In this document: positions 1 to 13,120 of the stretch, piece after piece
Position numbering within the stretch: position 1 is the first letter of the stretch
Layout: each line of letters begins with the position of its first letter
DNA from: Chiloscyllium plagiosum
Taxonomy: Eukaryota
NCBI RefSeq assembly: GCF_004010195.1
Contig: NC_057718.1
Location: 40,661,173 to 40,725,172 of the forward strand
Length of the DNA: 64,000 nt
Reading direction: 5' to 3'
Notes under the pieces: model-generated
Database searches by the model: none
The model's input: only the letters and a program-made list of their open reading frames with translations
Told to the model about the DNA's origin: nothing
Position numbers and translations under genes: made by a program

Positions 1-1372
1 TTTATTAGTCCTACCTTGTCCCTGCCTGCCCTGACTATTTGACTTGCTTCTGTTCTCAACTGTACCAGTCTCAGATTGATCTCTTTCCCCACTATCTCCC
101 TGGGTCCCACCCCTCCCCCCTCACCCCAACCTTACTAGTTTAAATCCTCTGAGCAGCTCTTGCCAATTTCCTTGTGAGTATATTAGTCCCCTTCCAATTT
201 AGGTGCAATCCATCCTTCTTGTACAGGTCACTTTTACCCCAGGAGAGATTCCAATGATCCAAAAATGTGAATCCTTCTCCCATACACCAGCTCCTCAGCC
301 ATGCATTCATCTGCTCTATCCTTCTATTCCTACATTCACTAGCTTGTAGCACCGGGAGTAATCCAGATATTACTACTCTCGAGGACTTCCTTTTCAAATT
401 CCTGCCTAACTCTCTGTAATCCCCCTTCAGAATCTCAACCTTTTTCCCATCCTATATCATTGGTTCCAATGTGGACAATGACCTCTTGCTGGCCCTTCTC
501 CCCCTTGAGAACATTCTGCACCCTCTCTGCAACATCCTTGATCCTGCCACCAGGGAAGCAACACACCATTCTGATTTTTCGCTGCTGGCCACAGAAACGT
601 CTGTCTGTACCTCAGGCTACAGAATCCCCTAACACAATTGATCTCTTGGAAGCCGACGTACCCCTCGTTGCATTAGAGCCAGTCTCAATACCAGAAACTT
701 GGCTGTTTGTGCTACTTTCCCCTGAGAATCCATCACCCCCTACATTTTCCAAAATGGCATACCTGTTTGAATTGGGTATATCCACAAAAGACTCCTGCAC
801 TAACTGCCTACCTCTCTTACCTTTCCTGGAGTTAACCCATCTATGTGACTGTATCTGAGACTTCCCCCCTTCCTATAACTGTCATCCATCACATACTGTT
901 GCTGTTGCAAATTCCTCATTGTTTCTAACTGTCTCGCCAATCGATCCACTCAATCTGATAAGATTCGCATCCAACAGCATTAATGGCAAATATAATCCGC
1001 AGTAACCCTTAAACTCTCTTTAAACTCCCACATCTGACAAGAAGCCCATATCAGTCTACTAACGGCCATTTTTGCTCCTTCACAATCTACAGACCAAGAA
1101 AATAACACTGTATTATTCCTCTACAAAACACTGCCCCAAGTTAAATTAATAGTTATGGCTTATATTTTAGGTTTAATCAAGAGACATATCTCCAAAAACA
1201 TATAATTAAGAAAGAACCCACCCTACTCACTACTGCAGCCTTTCTGTTGGACACACTTAAAACATTGATTAACGTATCTGATTCTGTGCTGTGAACTTCG
1301 CCCAAACAGCTCCTCCAACATTAGTTGTGAATTTCACTGTTTGTTTATTTTCCCAGGTGCACTCCGATGTCC
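1..1372 (-). mobile_element. CR1-clade LINE, 5' part (5' UTR, ORF1, start of inter-ORF region), running off the window start
   Basis: Reverse complement matches the ORF1 region of the CR1 copy starting near 54953. Esterase peptides appear in ORFs 140..397 and 612..800. The 5' end is approximate. Confidence 0.9.
140..1069 (-). pseudogene. CR1 ORF1p: N-terminal Cys motif and coiled coil, then SGNH/GDSL esterase domain; disrupted by stops
   Basis: ATG at 1069 gives MAVSRLIWASCQMWEF...ICH*CC, followed by SIVLGDS, FTFLDHW and KDGLHLNWKG, matching SGNH blocks I and V. Confidence 0.85.
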
Positions 1373-1782
1373 ATCTTCAACTTGAGTCAAAACGACAGAT
1401 AAATTGGAAATATTTGCATTATGTTTAAAATCTTTAACTTTTGCAATGATTCCTGGAGTAGCAAGGCTTGCTTTCCAGTGCACTATCCCATTGAAGCCTA
1501 GTAATACAGGCTTCCTGATTGTAACCGTCCCAAGTGGCAGACAGACTGTGTCCAAAACCCTGAACTGAGATCCGATGATGTCAATGACATACTGTACCAG
1601 GACACCCGACTGTCAGTGGTCCCTCGTGACTTGACTGTGGACTACTCTCCATAAACCTTCAGACATGGCCATTTGATCAATGCACATACAATGTGTTTGC
1701 AGTGTGGACTGCTGGCACATATTGTCAGTGTGAGACTAATATTACACACTGCAATTACACACTAATATTACAACAAATCCAC

Positions 1783-2093
1783 TGGGGTGACACGGTGGCT
1801 CACAGCGCCAGGGACCTGTGTTTGATTCCAGCCTTGGGCGACTATCTGCGTGGAGTTTGCACATTCTTCCCGTGTCTGCGTGTGTTTCCTTCCACAATCC
1901 AAAGATGTGCAAGTTAGGTGAATTGGCCATGCTAAATTGCCCATAATGTTCATGGATGTGTAGGTTAGGTGCATTAGTCTGGGGTGAATGTAGAGTAGGG
2001 GAATTGATCTGGACGGGTTACTTTTTGGACGGTCAGTGTGGACTTGTTGGGCCGAAGGGCCTGTTTCCACACTGTAGGGATTCTATGATTCTA
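1783..2093 (+). mobile_element. HE1-type tRNA-derived V-SINE
   Basis: tRNA-like head, V-domain (gtggagtttgcacattcttcccgtgtctgcgtg) and CR1-like tail gggccgaagggcctgtttcc ending in (attctatg)n. Confidence 0.9.
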
Positions 2094-2369
2094 TAAATTC
2101 TAAACCAAATTCTCCCTTAACTAATCAGTTCTGACAGCTATAAAAAGCTGCTTGGCTTTGTGTGAATGCAAAAAACTAGGCTGTAACAAAGTACTGGCTG
2201 GTCATATTACATATTGTCTCAGTCGTCTTGCAAACTCCACATTGTTCACACACTGGGAAGACTTCAAACTCACACACTGGTTAGTCTGCAAGAAGTTGAG
2301 GAGAGAGAGAGATAAAGGCAGTCAATTGTCATTACTCACTACACAGACTGAATGTGGGAACCCATGCTT

Positions 2370-2593
2370 CATAAGAATATAAGAATATAAGAAACATGAG
2401 CTGGAGTAGACCGTCTGGCCCATCAAACCTGCTCTGCTATTCAATAAGATCACGGCTGATCTTTTGGTGGACTCAGCTCCACTTACCTGCCTGCTGACCA
2501 TAACCCTTAATTCCTTTACTGTTCAAAAATCTACCTACCTTTGCCTTAAAAACATTCACCGAAGTAGCCTCAACTGTTTTACAATTCCACAGA
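2370..2593 (-). mobile_element. CR1-clade LINE 3' end fragment
   Basis: (ataagaat)n tail. Minus-strand peptide VEATSVNVFKAKVGRFLNSKGIKGYG is typical of the CR1 ORF2 C-terminus. Confidence 0.8.
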
Positions 2594-3415
2594 TCAATCC
2601 GAAGCTTTGATCGAAAAGACCAAGCAAGACAATATGGAAGCTCTGCCCACTTTTGGAAAATGTTCTCCAGAGCAGACCGCACGTTCAGAGTCAGTTTGGG
2701 GATTTCAAGTTGTTTAGCTGGAGAAGACAAAAAGAAACAAACAATCAGGAGGGACACAATAAAGTATCACGATGTAGGTGGATTTTCTTGCATTTTAAAA
2801 GTTAAATGGAGGATCCTTTCTGTATCTTAAGTTGCCCACTGAAATTGTGTTTATTCAGTTCCTTTATTACAGAAAAAGCCTGAAAACATAAAATCTTATT
2901 GTGTGACACTCACGGTCAGTTTATGTGGTGAACGCATAAAAAAGTTCTCTTTTTCTGCTTTTCACAGCAACAGCTGTTTTTGTTTTCCTTTCCAGATCTC
3001 TGTATCGGTCAAAAAAAATCAACTGAATTCCTTCTATGTCAAGGTGTGAAACCCATCATTTACTTTCAACAGAGCCATGGAGGCCAGTTGTGTCATTACC
3101 CACAAGTCAGATGAATACTTTTCTGTCAATTATTCAGTTAAGTCTGAATTGTCCAAAATCTCAAATTCTAACTCAGAATCAGAGATCTTTTCAGACACTA
3201 CTGGGAAGCAGGGGAATTTCCTGTAAGTTCAAACATTCAGGCAATTCCCACAGAGTTAGTGTGTTGGCCCTTCTGCAGGGTCCTGACTTGTAGCTCTGCT
3301 CATATTCCCTGGTCTCTGACTATTTGGAATATTACATTGTTCCTGGGATTGCCAACAAGTTGGATTGGGAACATAGTTGTGTGGGAGGCTAAATGTCAGA
3401 ATCACAATGGCAATG

Positions 3416-3663
3416 GCCTCAGGCGACTGATTGTGTGGAGTTTGCACATTCTCCCCGTGTCTGCGTGGGTTTCCTCCGGGTACTCCGGTTTCCTCCCACA
3501 GTCCAAAAATGTGCAGGTTAGGTGAATTGGCCATGCTAAATTGCCTGTAGTGTTAGGTAAGGGGTAAATGTAGGGGTCTGGGTGGGTGCGCTTTGGCAAG
3601 TCAGTGTGGACTTGTTGGGCTGAAGGGCCTGTTTCCACACTGTAAGTAATCTAATCTAATCTA
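3416..3663 (+). mobile_element. HE1-type V-SINE, 5'-truncated
   Basis: V-domain and (taatc)n tail. Confidence 0.9.
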
Positions 3664-3739
3664 AAAAAATTAAAGTCTCAGAACTTTAGAGGCAGGTCAA
3701 GGATCCCAACAGTGAGCATGAGGAAGCTCTTTTGCCCTG

Positions 3740-4368
3740 AGGAGTGTTGTTGAACAAACAGACCTAGGGATTCAGGTTCATAGTGCTTTAAAAGTTGTGT
3801 CATATGCAGACAGGGTGGTAAAGAAGACATTTGCACATTTGCCTTCATTGCTCAGACCATTGAGTATAGGAGTTGGGACACCATGTTGTGGTTGTACAGG
3901 ATGTTGGTATGCCCACTTTTGGAGTACTTTGTACGGTTCTGGTCACCCTGCTACAAGAAGGATGTTATTAACTCAGAGAGTGTGCAGAAAATATTTATGA
4001 GGATGTTATTGGGACTGGAGTGTTTGAGTTATAAGGAGATGCTTAAAAGGCTGGGACTCTTTTCACTGGAACTTTATAGGGGTTTACAAAATCATGAGGG
4101 GCATAGTTAAGGTGAATAGCCAAGATATTTTCCCTAGAGTAGGGGAATTCAAAATCAGATGGCATACTTTTAAGATGAGATGAGAAAGATTTAAAAGGGA
4201 CCTGAGGGGCAAGTTATTTGTATAGAGGGTGGTTTATTGGTGGAATGAACTGCCAGACAAAGTGGGAGATGCAGGTGCATTTACAATTTTTAAAAATACT
4301 TGGACAGTATGTGAATAGAAAAGAGGGATATGGGCTAAACACAGGCAAATGGGAGTAGTTTAGTTTGG
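3740..4368 (+). mobile_element. CR1 LINE ORF2 C-terminal fragment
   Basis: Peptide LYRMLVCPLLEYFVRFWSPCYKKD...LKRLGLFSLE. Confidence 0.85.
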
Positions 4369-5348
4369 GATGTCCCTGGTGAAGTTGTCATCTCGTGGGA
4401 GTTTGGAGTGAGCAGCTGTTGGCCTTTTTAAGGAACATTTATCTGAGCCACACAGTCATTGAGATCAGATTGTAGGGGTCAAAGTTGCATAGGGCTTGGA
4501 GGATGACTGGAACATAATGGGCACAGGGCAAGGAGACTAGTGCATGATATAAGCCTGTCTGGGGAATAACAGGGGAATGTCTAGAATGTAAATCATATAG
4601 CAGCAGGTGAAATGGATTTAATGGGCAGTGATGAATTGGGTATTGAACATAAAGAGTGGGGCAGCTGGTAGGATCCTGGGGATTAAGTTGAACATACAGG
4701 GAAGAAGCTGGACAAATGATGGTAGGGTGGGCATTTCAGAGTCAAAGCTGGGAAATGGCTGGTCTTGTGGTGGGGTGTATATAAAGGTGAAGAGTAGCTG
4801 GCTTTGATAATGGGAGGGCTAAGGGTTAGAGAAGGCCTAAGGCTGGTGGTGCTTATGGTCGCAGTGGGGATGAGGATTGTAGCAAGTGAGAGGGTTTACT
4901 GTTGTTCTCTAAGGTAACCTCATTTAATAATGAGCCAAGTGCAGGACAGCCATTCTTAGATGTCTTCTCTCTATGGAAAAGCTCACAGGGCAACACTTTT
5001 GCTCCATCAGTCAGGAGTCTGATGATATCAAGATTGCAGCAAGTTCAGGAGTGCAGTGAACTTTGCGATGAAGGATATCAGGGTGTGTCCAAGAAAGAGA
5101 TAGAGCGAGGCCTGTAAACAAAATGCTGAGTATCCCTCCCATTTATTTGCAATGATCATGTCCTGTCTGTATGAGAAAGTGACAGTGAACCCTACACCTT
5201 GAGCAGCCTTGAGCTGTTGCAAGAGCATGGGATCACTTTCTGTACATCCCTGTACATCTCCACATGGCAGGTGGCGGTGGGGGAGTGGTGGGTGGCCAAC
5301 TCTAATGTTCTTGCCTGACATTAAGTGAGCGCTTGTCTCTGTTGTATG

Positions 5349-5440
5349 AAGAAGGGCTTATGCCCAAAATGTCGATTCTCCTGCTCCTTGGATGCTGCTT
5401 GACCTGCTGCACTTTTCCAGCAACACATTTTTCAGCTCTG
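5349..5440 (+). mobile_element. Short PLE-terminus insertion (family A) starting inside a degenerate hammerhead motif
   Basis: aagaagggcttatgcccaaaatgtcgattctcctgctcc; 12-bp TSD ctctgttgtatg at 5337-5348 and 5436-5447. Confidence 0.8.
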
Positions 5441-5455
5441 TTGTATGGTGCCTGG

Positions 5456-5754
5456 ACATTTAATTGTGAGGGTCCCAGCATAGGAGTGTTCTTCCTATTT
5501 GTTTCCACGGAAAGGTTTGCCAAGCTTCTGGCGCATGCCTGTGCAATGAGTGGAATATCACATCATCACAGGAGAGAAGTCAACCTGGCTCTGACACTCA
5601 CTAGCACACTCAGAGAAAGAGATGGATTCCATAATGGAAGATCCAACCAGGGATCCACAGGCTGACAACTGTCAGGTTTCTGTCATTAATATAAAGCAAA
5701 AACATTGGAAATGTTCAGCAGGTTTGGCAGTATCTCTGGAGAGAGGGACTAAGT
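5456..5754 (+). repeat. Local direct duplication, copy 1
   Basis: Aligns by eye with 6764-7047; ORFs 5302..5523 and 6562..6831 share their N-terminal peptide. Confidence 0.9.
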
Positions 5755-5944
5755 TAACATTTCAGATTTTTCATCAGAACCAATTTGTGTCAATCTCAGG
5801 GTTTCAGAAGGCTCTTGTGCAGGTGATTAATGTCTTTTCTATGTATTCATCCCATCACAGTTCTCAAGTGCTAGTTCCATCAGGGCACTGGCGTGTTCAT
5901 CCACAGTGGATGGGTCCACACGGACAAAGTGCAAATCCCATATC

Positions 5945-6040
5945 ATAAGGGTTCACAGGACTCCAAATGTTAACTCTGTTTTCGCTCCAAAGATGCTACA
6001 TGACCTGCTGAGTTTCTTTTGGAATTTCTGTTTTTGTTCT
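5945..6040 (+). mobile_element. Degenerate PLE terminus (family C)
   Basis: aaatgttaactctg...gatgctacatgacctgctgagtttc...aatttctgtttttgt, similar to 60381-60452. Confidence 0.6.
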
Positions 6041-6154
6041 TTTCAAACAACCTTCATTGTGCACGCTACCGTTTGTACTTTGAACACTAAATGTAGTGGC
6101 TGGTTTAACCCAGACGTTTTGGTGTTTGATATCTGGTATGATAGCAAAGACGTT

Positions 6155-6701
6155 TTAGAGTTAGATTTAGGTTTTATAGTCATGTGTACTCAAGTACAGG
6201 AGAATAGGAATACAGTGAAAAGTGTAAAAGTTGCCATTCACTGGTGCCACCTTAGGTACAAAAACCCGAATTAATAAAAAAAAACCAAGTTACAAAAACT
6301 AGAATTTTTTTTAAAAAGCAGAAATACAAAAAAAAAGCCAAGAAAAAATGTGGAAGCATCCAGATCTAAAAGTCTTACCTTCACATTGTAGTCTTATCTT
6401 ATTAAGGTACCCAAAGCCTGGGGGTCTCAGTGCTGTCGCAGGCCCCTGGAACCTTGCTCCCAACTGCCCCGCCAGCCCTCAGGAGTCACTCCTCAATTCC
6501 GTTACTGCTGAATCCTGGAACATGCTATCCCTGACCTGTTACTGCAATTCTGCTCTTGCTCTCACCAATGCCCCACTGAAGATGCCGCAGAATGCAAAAA
6601 GAAAAGAAAAAGGAGTAAAAGAAAATAAAGGAAAACAAAAGGAAAAGTAGGCAGAAGCGGACAAGCCCAAACGCTGCCCTGCCACTCCACAGCCATCTTG
6701 G
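6155..6701 (-). mobile_element. Non-coding retroposon with 5' CCAAGATGGC and a cttttcactgta...gtaca(c)atgac-aataaa-like tail
   Basis: Same 5' and 3' blocks as 19078-19712 and 52690-53086; possible TSD aaaga(c/t)gt. Confidence 0.65.
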
Positions 6702-6763
6702 AAAAAGATGTGCTAATTATACTTCCTTGTGAGTTGCAAGATGTGATTTCAGAGTAAATAAAC

Positions 6764-7047
6764 ACATTTAATAGTGAGGGTCTCAGCAAAGGGGAGTTCT
6801 TCCTATTTGTTTCAACTGAAAGGTTTGCCAAGCTTCTGGTGCATGCCTATGCAATGAGTGGAGTATCACATCATCACAGGAGAGAAGTCAATCTGGCTCT
6901 GACACTCACTTGCACACTCAGAGAAAGAGGTAGACTCTGTAATGGAGGATACAACCAGGGAGCCGCAGGTTTCTGTCATTAATATAAAGCAAAAACACTG
7001 GAAATGTTCAACAGGCTTGCCAGTAGCTCTGGAGAGAGGGACTAAGT
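6764..7047 (+). repeat. Local direct duplication, copy 2
   Basis: Matches 5456-5754 apart from a 15-bp indel. Confidence 0.9.
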
Positions 7048-7119
7048 ACTCAGAAAAAAGGGATAAATATAAAACTGTTATAATCATTTTTATTATTCCC
7101 TCAAGGGTTCTGGGTGTCC

Positions 7120-7418
7120 CTAGGTAGGCCAGGATTTATTGCTTTTCCCTCATTATCCTTGAGAAGGTGGTGAGCTGCCTTCTTGTACTGCTGCCATCAA
7201 TATGATGGAGATGGACCCACAATGCAATGGAGATGGAGTTCGGGTTTTTGACTCAGTAACACTAAAGGAATGGTGATATATTCCAAGTCAGAGTGGCTTG
7301 GAGGGGAACTTGCAGGTAGCGGTGTTCCCAAGTATCTGCTGCCCTTGTCCTCCTAGATGGTTGTATTTGTGGGTTTAGGAGGTGTGATCTGAGGAGTCTT
7401 GATGAATTTCTGCAGTGC
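7120..7418 (-). mobile_element. Older CR1-clade LINE 3' region
   Basis: gagaaggtggtgagctgccttcttg...ggcttggaggggaacttgcagg, homologous to 37010-37320. Confidence 0.7.
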
Positions 7419-9739
7419 TCCAAGACCTGGAAGATTTCAATGTTTGAAATTAAAAATATTAATGACACCAAACCTGCAAAGTTGCCAGTTGAAGGTTGCA
7501 TCCCCATGTTGGTGAGAAGTGCCACAGTTTCAGCAGTGTGTTTGGTGGGGTGGGGCTTGTTGGTGGGGGATGGTGTTGGAAAGGCTGGGTCATATGATTA
7601 AAATGAAAGAGTGGAAACTAGTTCTTGTTTATTTTTTAGAGTTTATTTTTTATTTTTTAAATTTAAGTTGTTTACATTTTTAAACTAAATGGTGTATTGC
7701 TTCAGATGAATTAGCTTACCACATCCGATCGGTATCCTTGAACCAATGAAGTCTAGCATCCTTTGATTGTTACTGATAATCAACTCATACACTTAAAAGT
7801 ACAAGTCAGAAATTATGTAACCTTTATAATTTGGCAAACAATATATCCAGTTTATATTGAATCTTTTAAACCTTATACTGATCTTTCTGTATTACACAAG
7901 GCTTCCTGTGTTTTAGTCTGTTTTGATGACTGATTATCACCATTTTCACTCACAATTACGTCACATATTGAAAGCCATAATTAGAATTTTAAACATGAAC
8001 CAGAAACATTATGTTCAGTGCTCATGACCTCATGTTTACGGCTCATTTCCTACACTTGGAATTCCCTGATGTAACCTCCCCTGAGCCTTCTTCAAAGAGA
8101 CAGACTGTTAGGTCATACCAAATTATATCACACATCTCATCAAGGCACACAAGCAAATTCAGAAACACAGAGAGAGACACAAAAAAATCTTAAAGGAGTT
8201 TGCAGAATATCACCAAGGAAATCTGCTGCCTTCTGTTTATTTCATTGGAGTCCTTCATGGCAGTACAGGGACGTCTTGTAGAGTAGAAAGTAATGTCCCT
8301 ACCTCTGAGTAAGTAACTCCAGATTCAAGAATAAGTCCAGGACTTAATGGTAAGGAAAGTTGTATTTCTAACTCATTTTCCCACCTGGGAATCTTTCCAA
8401 TGTGCCTGTGGCAGACGGTAAAGACAGGAGAGAAGCTATGTTTGATGTGGATTAATACCCTTCAACCTATGGCCCCTGGCTTCAGGCTAAAGACCTGGTC
8501 TACAAAAAAGAAAATAAGCAGATGTGGTCATTAGACACGGGAAGTCTTCGAAACTGAAGTCTTACTGATATTGTGACAAAGGTTCTACTAGGCAAGCTGA
8601 TGACATAATTTACTATCCTGCCTAAGGAAAACATGGTTGAACTTATAAAGCAGAGACCAATACTACAAATGTAATCAGACTGGTAGCTTGGTAGCTAGGT
8701 ATAACATAAACATAGACATATACACTGGCTTTAAAACAAAATCATTTACAAATTAGAAGAATACGAACATTTTGGGATGATTTTTACTTTTGGTGGGAGC
8801 AAAGCAAGCTTGATGGATTGGCTGTCTGTATCATTCACCCTCTGAATGGTTTCAATCGGAAGATATGTTCAGTCAGTTGTGATGAGCAGATCCCTTGCTG
8901 TATATTTTCATTCACCGCTGCATAAAGCCAAAATCAGCCAGTCTATCATTTAGACTCCTGGGATCTTCAGAGAAATGACTGCTTCCCTGGATTGAGTAGT
9001 TTTGCTCTGTGCTTATATGTTAAAATCCTGAAAGAAGCATCAAGATTACAGTAGTAAATCTATTCCAACTTTACAGAAAGCGATCCATTATTCTGCACCA
9101 GCCTTAAACAAGTGAACACCTAGCGCTTAAAATGCTAAAGGTTTTGCTCCACCAAAAGAAATTCCAGACTGCAGAATTTCCACTCACCAAAAGCAGATCC
9201 TGGCCTAAGTTTGGGAATTAAGGCAATCTGCCTTCAAAGGAGCATCAGGAGCATCTCTGTCTCAGGAATCAGGAAAATTGGGACAGTGTGCTGTCATATC
9301 GCTCTGGCAGCAACAAAAGATTCAGCCAAGATCAAGCTTATGGCTGATTTCATTTCTTTTTCACCTATTGGAAGCAAATTGGTCAAAGTAACAGTCCCTA
9401 TTGACATTGATTGTCATTGCCTGTTTAGAGTTTGGGCGTATTCTTAGGACCTCCCCAGGACTCCTGGCAGTTTTTAGCTGATGATTATTCCTCTAACATT
9501 TATAAGGGTCTAATGATTCAAGTACTGGAGGAGCTTGGAGCTCATTTACATAAGCATCTGTCAATACCAATTCACCCTCATGTCCTCTGGCAGAATTTGG
9601 AAATCCTGGAAAACTGAGGGGAACCGGACTCTTTTCTAGGCTGGAGATGCAAGAGGATTCTGCATTGTTCTTGAGTGAATTTTAGCATTCAAGCAACTAG
9701 TTTGATATTACGTTATAACTTGTCATAATTTGGTAACAA

Positions 9740-10015
9740 TTTGCTTCAACAGCATCTTGCAAATCAATGATTCCTACCACATGGAAAGACAAGAGCAACA
9801 GATACATGGGAACATCGTCACCTATAAGTTCTCCTCCAAAGCATGCACCATCCTGATTTGGAATTACATTACCATTCCTTCTGGAACTCTCTTGTGAACA
9901 GTATAATGAGTGTAAGTCCACTAGATAGATTACAACAGTTCAAGGTAATGGCTTGTGGCACCTTCTCAAGGGCAAATAGACATAGGCAATAAATTCTGGC
10001 TTACATTCCATAAAC
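9740..10015 (+). mobile_element. Older CR1-clade LINE 3' region
   Basis: caacagttcaagg...caccttctcaagggc...caataaattctggc, homologous to 49200-49520. Confidence 0.65.
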
Positions 10016-10412
10016 GATTGTAAAAAAGACCACAGACAATATAACTTTGGCAATACAAGGGGAGTGATTATCAACTCTAAGATATAGTTAGCTAGCAATG
10101 GATAGTTCCTTATTGAATTAATGATACTTTTAATCTTCATCAAGTAGCAAAGAAAATTAATCTGAAGCCATACATTACTGAAGCGCTAAAGTCCTAAATA
10201 CTATAAAAGATAACTTTGCAGTTATTGGGTTCCTTAAGAATCTTTCAGCATGCTATTGTTTGGAGATCGTTTGTGAGGGTACCTGACATTCAAATCTCCT
10301 ATGAAATGACAGCATGAAGTTCCATGTGGTGATAAGAGGGTGATCAATAAAAATCAGCAAACAAATGAACACATGGACTTGTTTGGGAAATGGTATATAA
10401 CCAGTACACCAA

Positions 10413-10824
10413 CTATAGAGAGAGGCTGAATATGTTGGGACTGTTTTCTCTGGAGCATCGAAAGCTGAGGTTTATAAAATCATGAGGGGCATAGATAGGG
10501 TAAATAGACAAGGTCTCTTCCCTGGAGTGGGGTAGTCCATAGGTTTAAAGTGAGAGGGGAAAGATTTAAAAGGGACCTAAGGGGCAACTTTTTCACGCAG
10601 AGGCTGGTGCATGTATGGAATGAATTGCCAGATGAAGTGGTGGAGGCTAGTACAATTAGAACATTTAAAAGGCATCTGGTTGGGTATATGAATAGGAAGG
10701 GTTTAGAGGATATTGGCCAAATGCTGGCAAATGGGTCTAGGTTAGGATATCTGTTCGGCATGCACGAGTAGGACCGAAGGGTCTGTTTCTGCGCTGTACA
10801 TCTCTATGCCTCTATGACTCTATG
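10413..10824 (+). mobile_element. CR1 LINE 3' fragment
   Basis: Peptide RGERFKRDLRGNFFTQRLVHVWNELP; tail ctctatgcctctatgactctatg. Confidence 0.9.
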
Positions 10825-12724
10825 AAGGGTGAACACAGTGATCAACAGAGGATTTGGGTTTGGATCAAAGCCAGGACCTCTGAAGAAGAAGCTAACATTT
10901 ATGAAAAAAATTGCTTGTGGTCTCTTTGACAAAGGATTCAACAACTTGTTGAAACCACATCCCCCGAATCCACTTCTGATCTCACCACACTGCGCATTTC
11001 GTAGCTTGCCAATCCACCAAGTGGACTCTTTGCCTTGGATAAAAAGCCTGAAGCGGTAAATGATCCTTTGGTGATGCAGGTACCCTCCAATACTTTGATG
11101 TCTAGAGACGTTGCAGTCCTGAGTATGATAGCAGCATCCGGAACACAGAATTTGAGCTTATGCTTCTCTACACAGTGCTGAATTGCATCATATTTTGGAT
11201 GTTTAGAACTGTAACACCTTACAGAAAAAAAGCTTCGAGACCTAAACTGAGGTAAACAAATGATGGCAACTACCTCAACATGGAGAATATGGATGGCACT
11301 CACTTCTTTCCAAAGCTAGTCGAACTTAAATGATTTATGAAGCTTCTTTCTGAAACCAAATCAGGTCATTTCTTCCACTCTGCTCTACAAAATTATCCCA
11401 GCATACTGAAATTTTGCAAACTAAAATTCTGCCACCATTTATAAGAAGCAGGTTATTTATAAATCCATACTCTTCTCTGAGGACAAATCTATGAGAAACA
11501 AAAATAAGAAACAAAATTGCTTTCAGTTTGGATTCCAGGATCTTGGTGCCCATGATTGGTGTTTCTGAGTTAAATCTCGTTTTTGTGGATAAGTGAAAGA
11601 TCCACTTTTATCTGGATCTACAAGTCTTCCTTTGGTCAACAGAAATCATGTTTTACAGCGTTAAAGTTCGAGCTGCATTACAGGCGCTGAGCTTCTGGAA
11701 TCTGAATTAAGTGGCCAACGTAACTGCGGCTTGATAAAACACACCGATTTCCTATAAATGCAACAGAAATCTTCATTATTTCCAATAACTTTGTAAACTT
11801 ATGAAGTAAAGCTTCACTGCAAAGTTCTGCAAAGCTGCTAAGCTCATCTTTCAATGAAAAATGGGAAATTGCCTGTTTTTCTCCAACACTGATCTGTGAT
11901 TGGAATCACAGGAAAGCACAACTTACAGAGAGTGCAATTTAATTGGCAGTTAATTGCTATGATAAAACAGGCTCCTTCCTTCTTTTTGTCAAAGTAAAGT
12001 TTCACCCTGTATATAATTTTAATTTTTTTTGTAAGTAGTGTATGTGAAATGACAATAAATAAGAAATGCTAACATTTGAAAATTTTCAGATATAATGTTT
12101 TTAAGTTTCAGTAAAGTTTGTAAGACGTAGTGTTGGAAGTTAATGGCAAAGTATGGTTTTGATTACCGTGTAATTACAGATAAGCAGAACTGAACAGTAG
12201 TTCACTAACCACAAACTCAATCAATCAATTATAATCTACACGCAGCAGTAATAATTACTTCCTGGCATTTTCAAATGGTATAATAAAATGAGAAAACATC
12301 AGTGACTGTACATCAAGTTAGTCACAATTTTTATTGTCATATTTAGTCAAGGAAATACCATGTAATGTTTCATTTGTTACTGAAATCTAAAAACTTTAAA
12401 ATAATTCTAAATTAACCTCTTGACTCCTGAACATTCATTACTTCCTTAAACATTTTTATTTTAAGGGTTTACTATACATTTATTGTATCCCTTTTTGAAA
12501 TTTGCTCTTTTGAATGTCATAAGGTTTAATATTCTCTTTATGCTGAAGAATCCAAAACATGCAGTTGGAGCTGTTGAATGAGAGTAGAATTAAGTCCCAA
12601 AGAATCTGTATACATTCAGTATGAAGGCAATAAAGGCTTTGCAATGAAATCCTAGTGGTCAGTTAACCAGGAACCACTGCATGCTGAGGATGTAACGCTT
12701 CCATAAACAGAAAACAGGAGAAAT

Positions 12725-13120
12725 GATTTGCATTTATTTATCATCTTTCATGCTCTGAAGATGTCTCAATGTGCTTCACCAGTCAATTCAGTACTTCTTT
12801 TGAAATTAAGTTGTGCTATAGGAAAAATGGTAACCATTTTGTACACAAAGGGCAGATCATTTGTTGTTAGTGATATCGATTGAAGGATAAATGTTTAGAT
12901 ACTGGGAGAATTTGCATTGTTTTCTTTGAAATAGTGCCATGGGATATTTTATATCCACTGGAGAAAATAAAGAGAGCCCCAGTTTAATATCTCATCTGAA
13001 AGATAGTGTCTCTGACATTCTACCAACCCCTTAATTCTGCACTGAAGTGTCGGAGTAGCTTATGTATTCATGTCTTTGCAAAGGGGGCAATGGCCTAAAA
13101 CCTACTGTCTCAGAGTCGTC
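12725..13120 (-). mobile_element. Ancient Deu-domain SINE relic (SacSINE/AmnSINE-like)
   Basis: tagtgccatgggat...atccac...gtttaatatctcatctgaaagat...tctgac...ctgcactgaagtgtc resembles the Deu core in reverse orientation. Confidence 0.6.

Noticed and set aside
10830..11600. Coding-looking unique stretch (ORF 10938..11303) as a pseudogene or viral insert
   Set aside because: The frames I translated had stops and no recognisable motif. TBLASTX would be needed.
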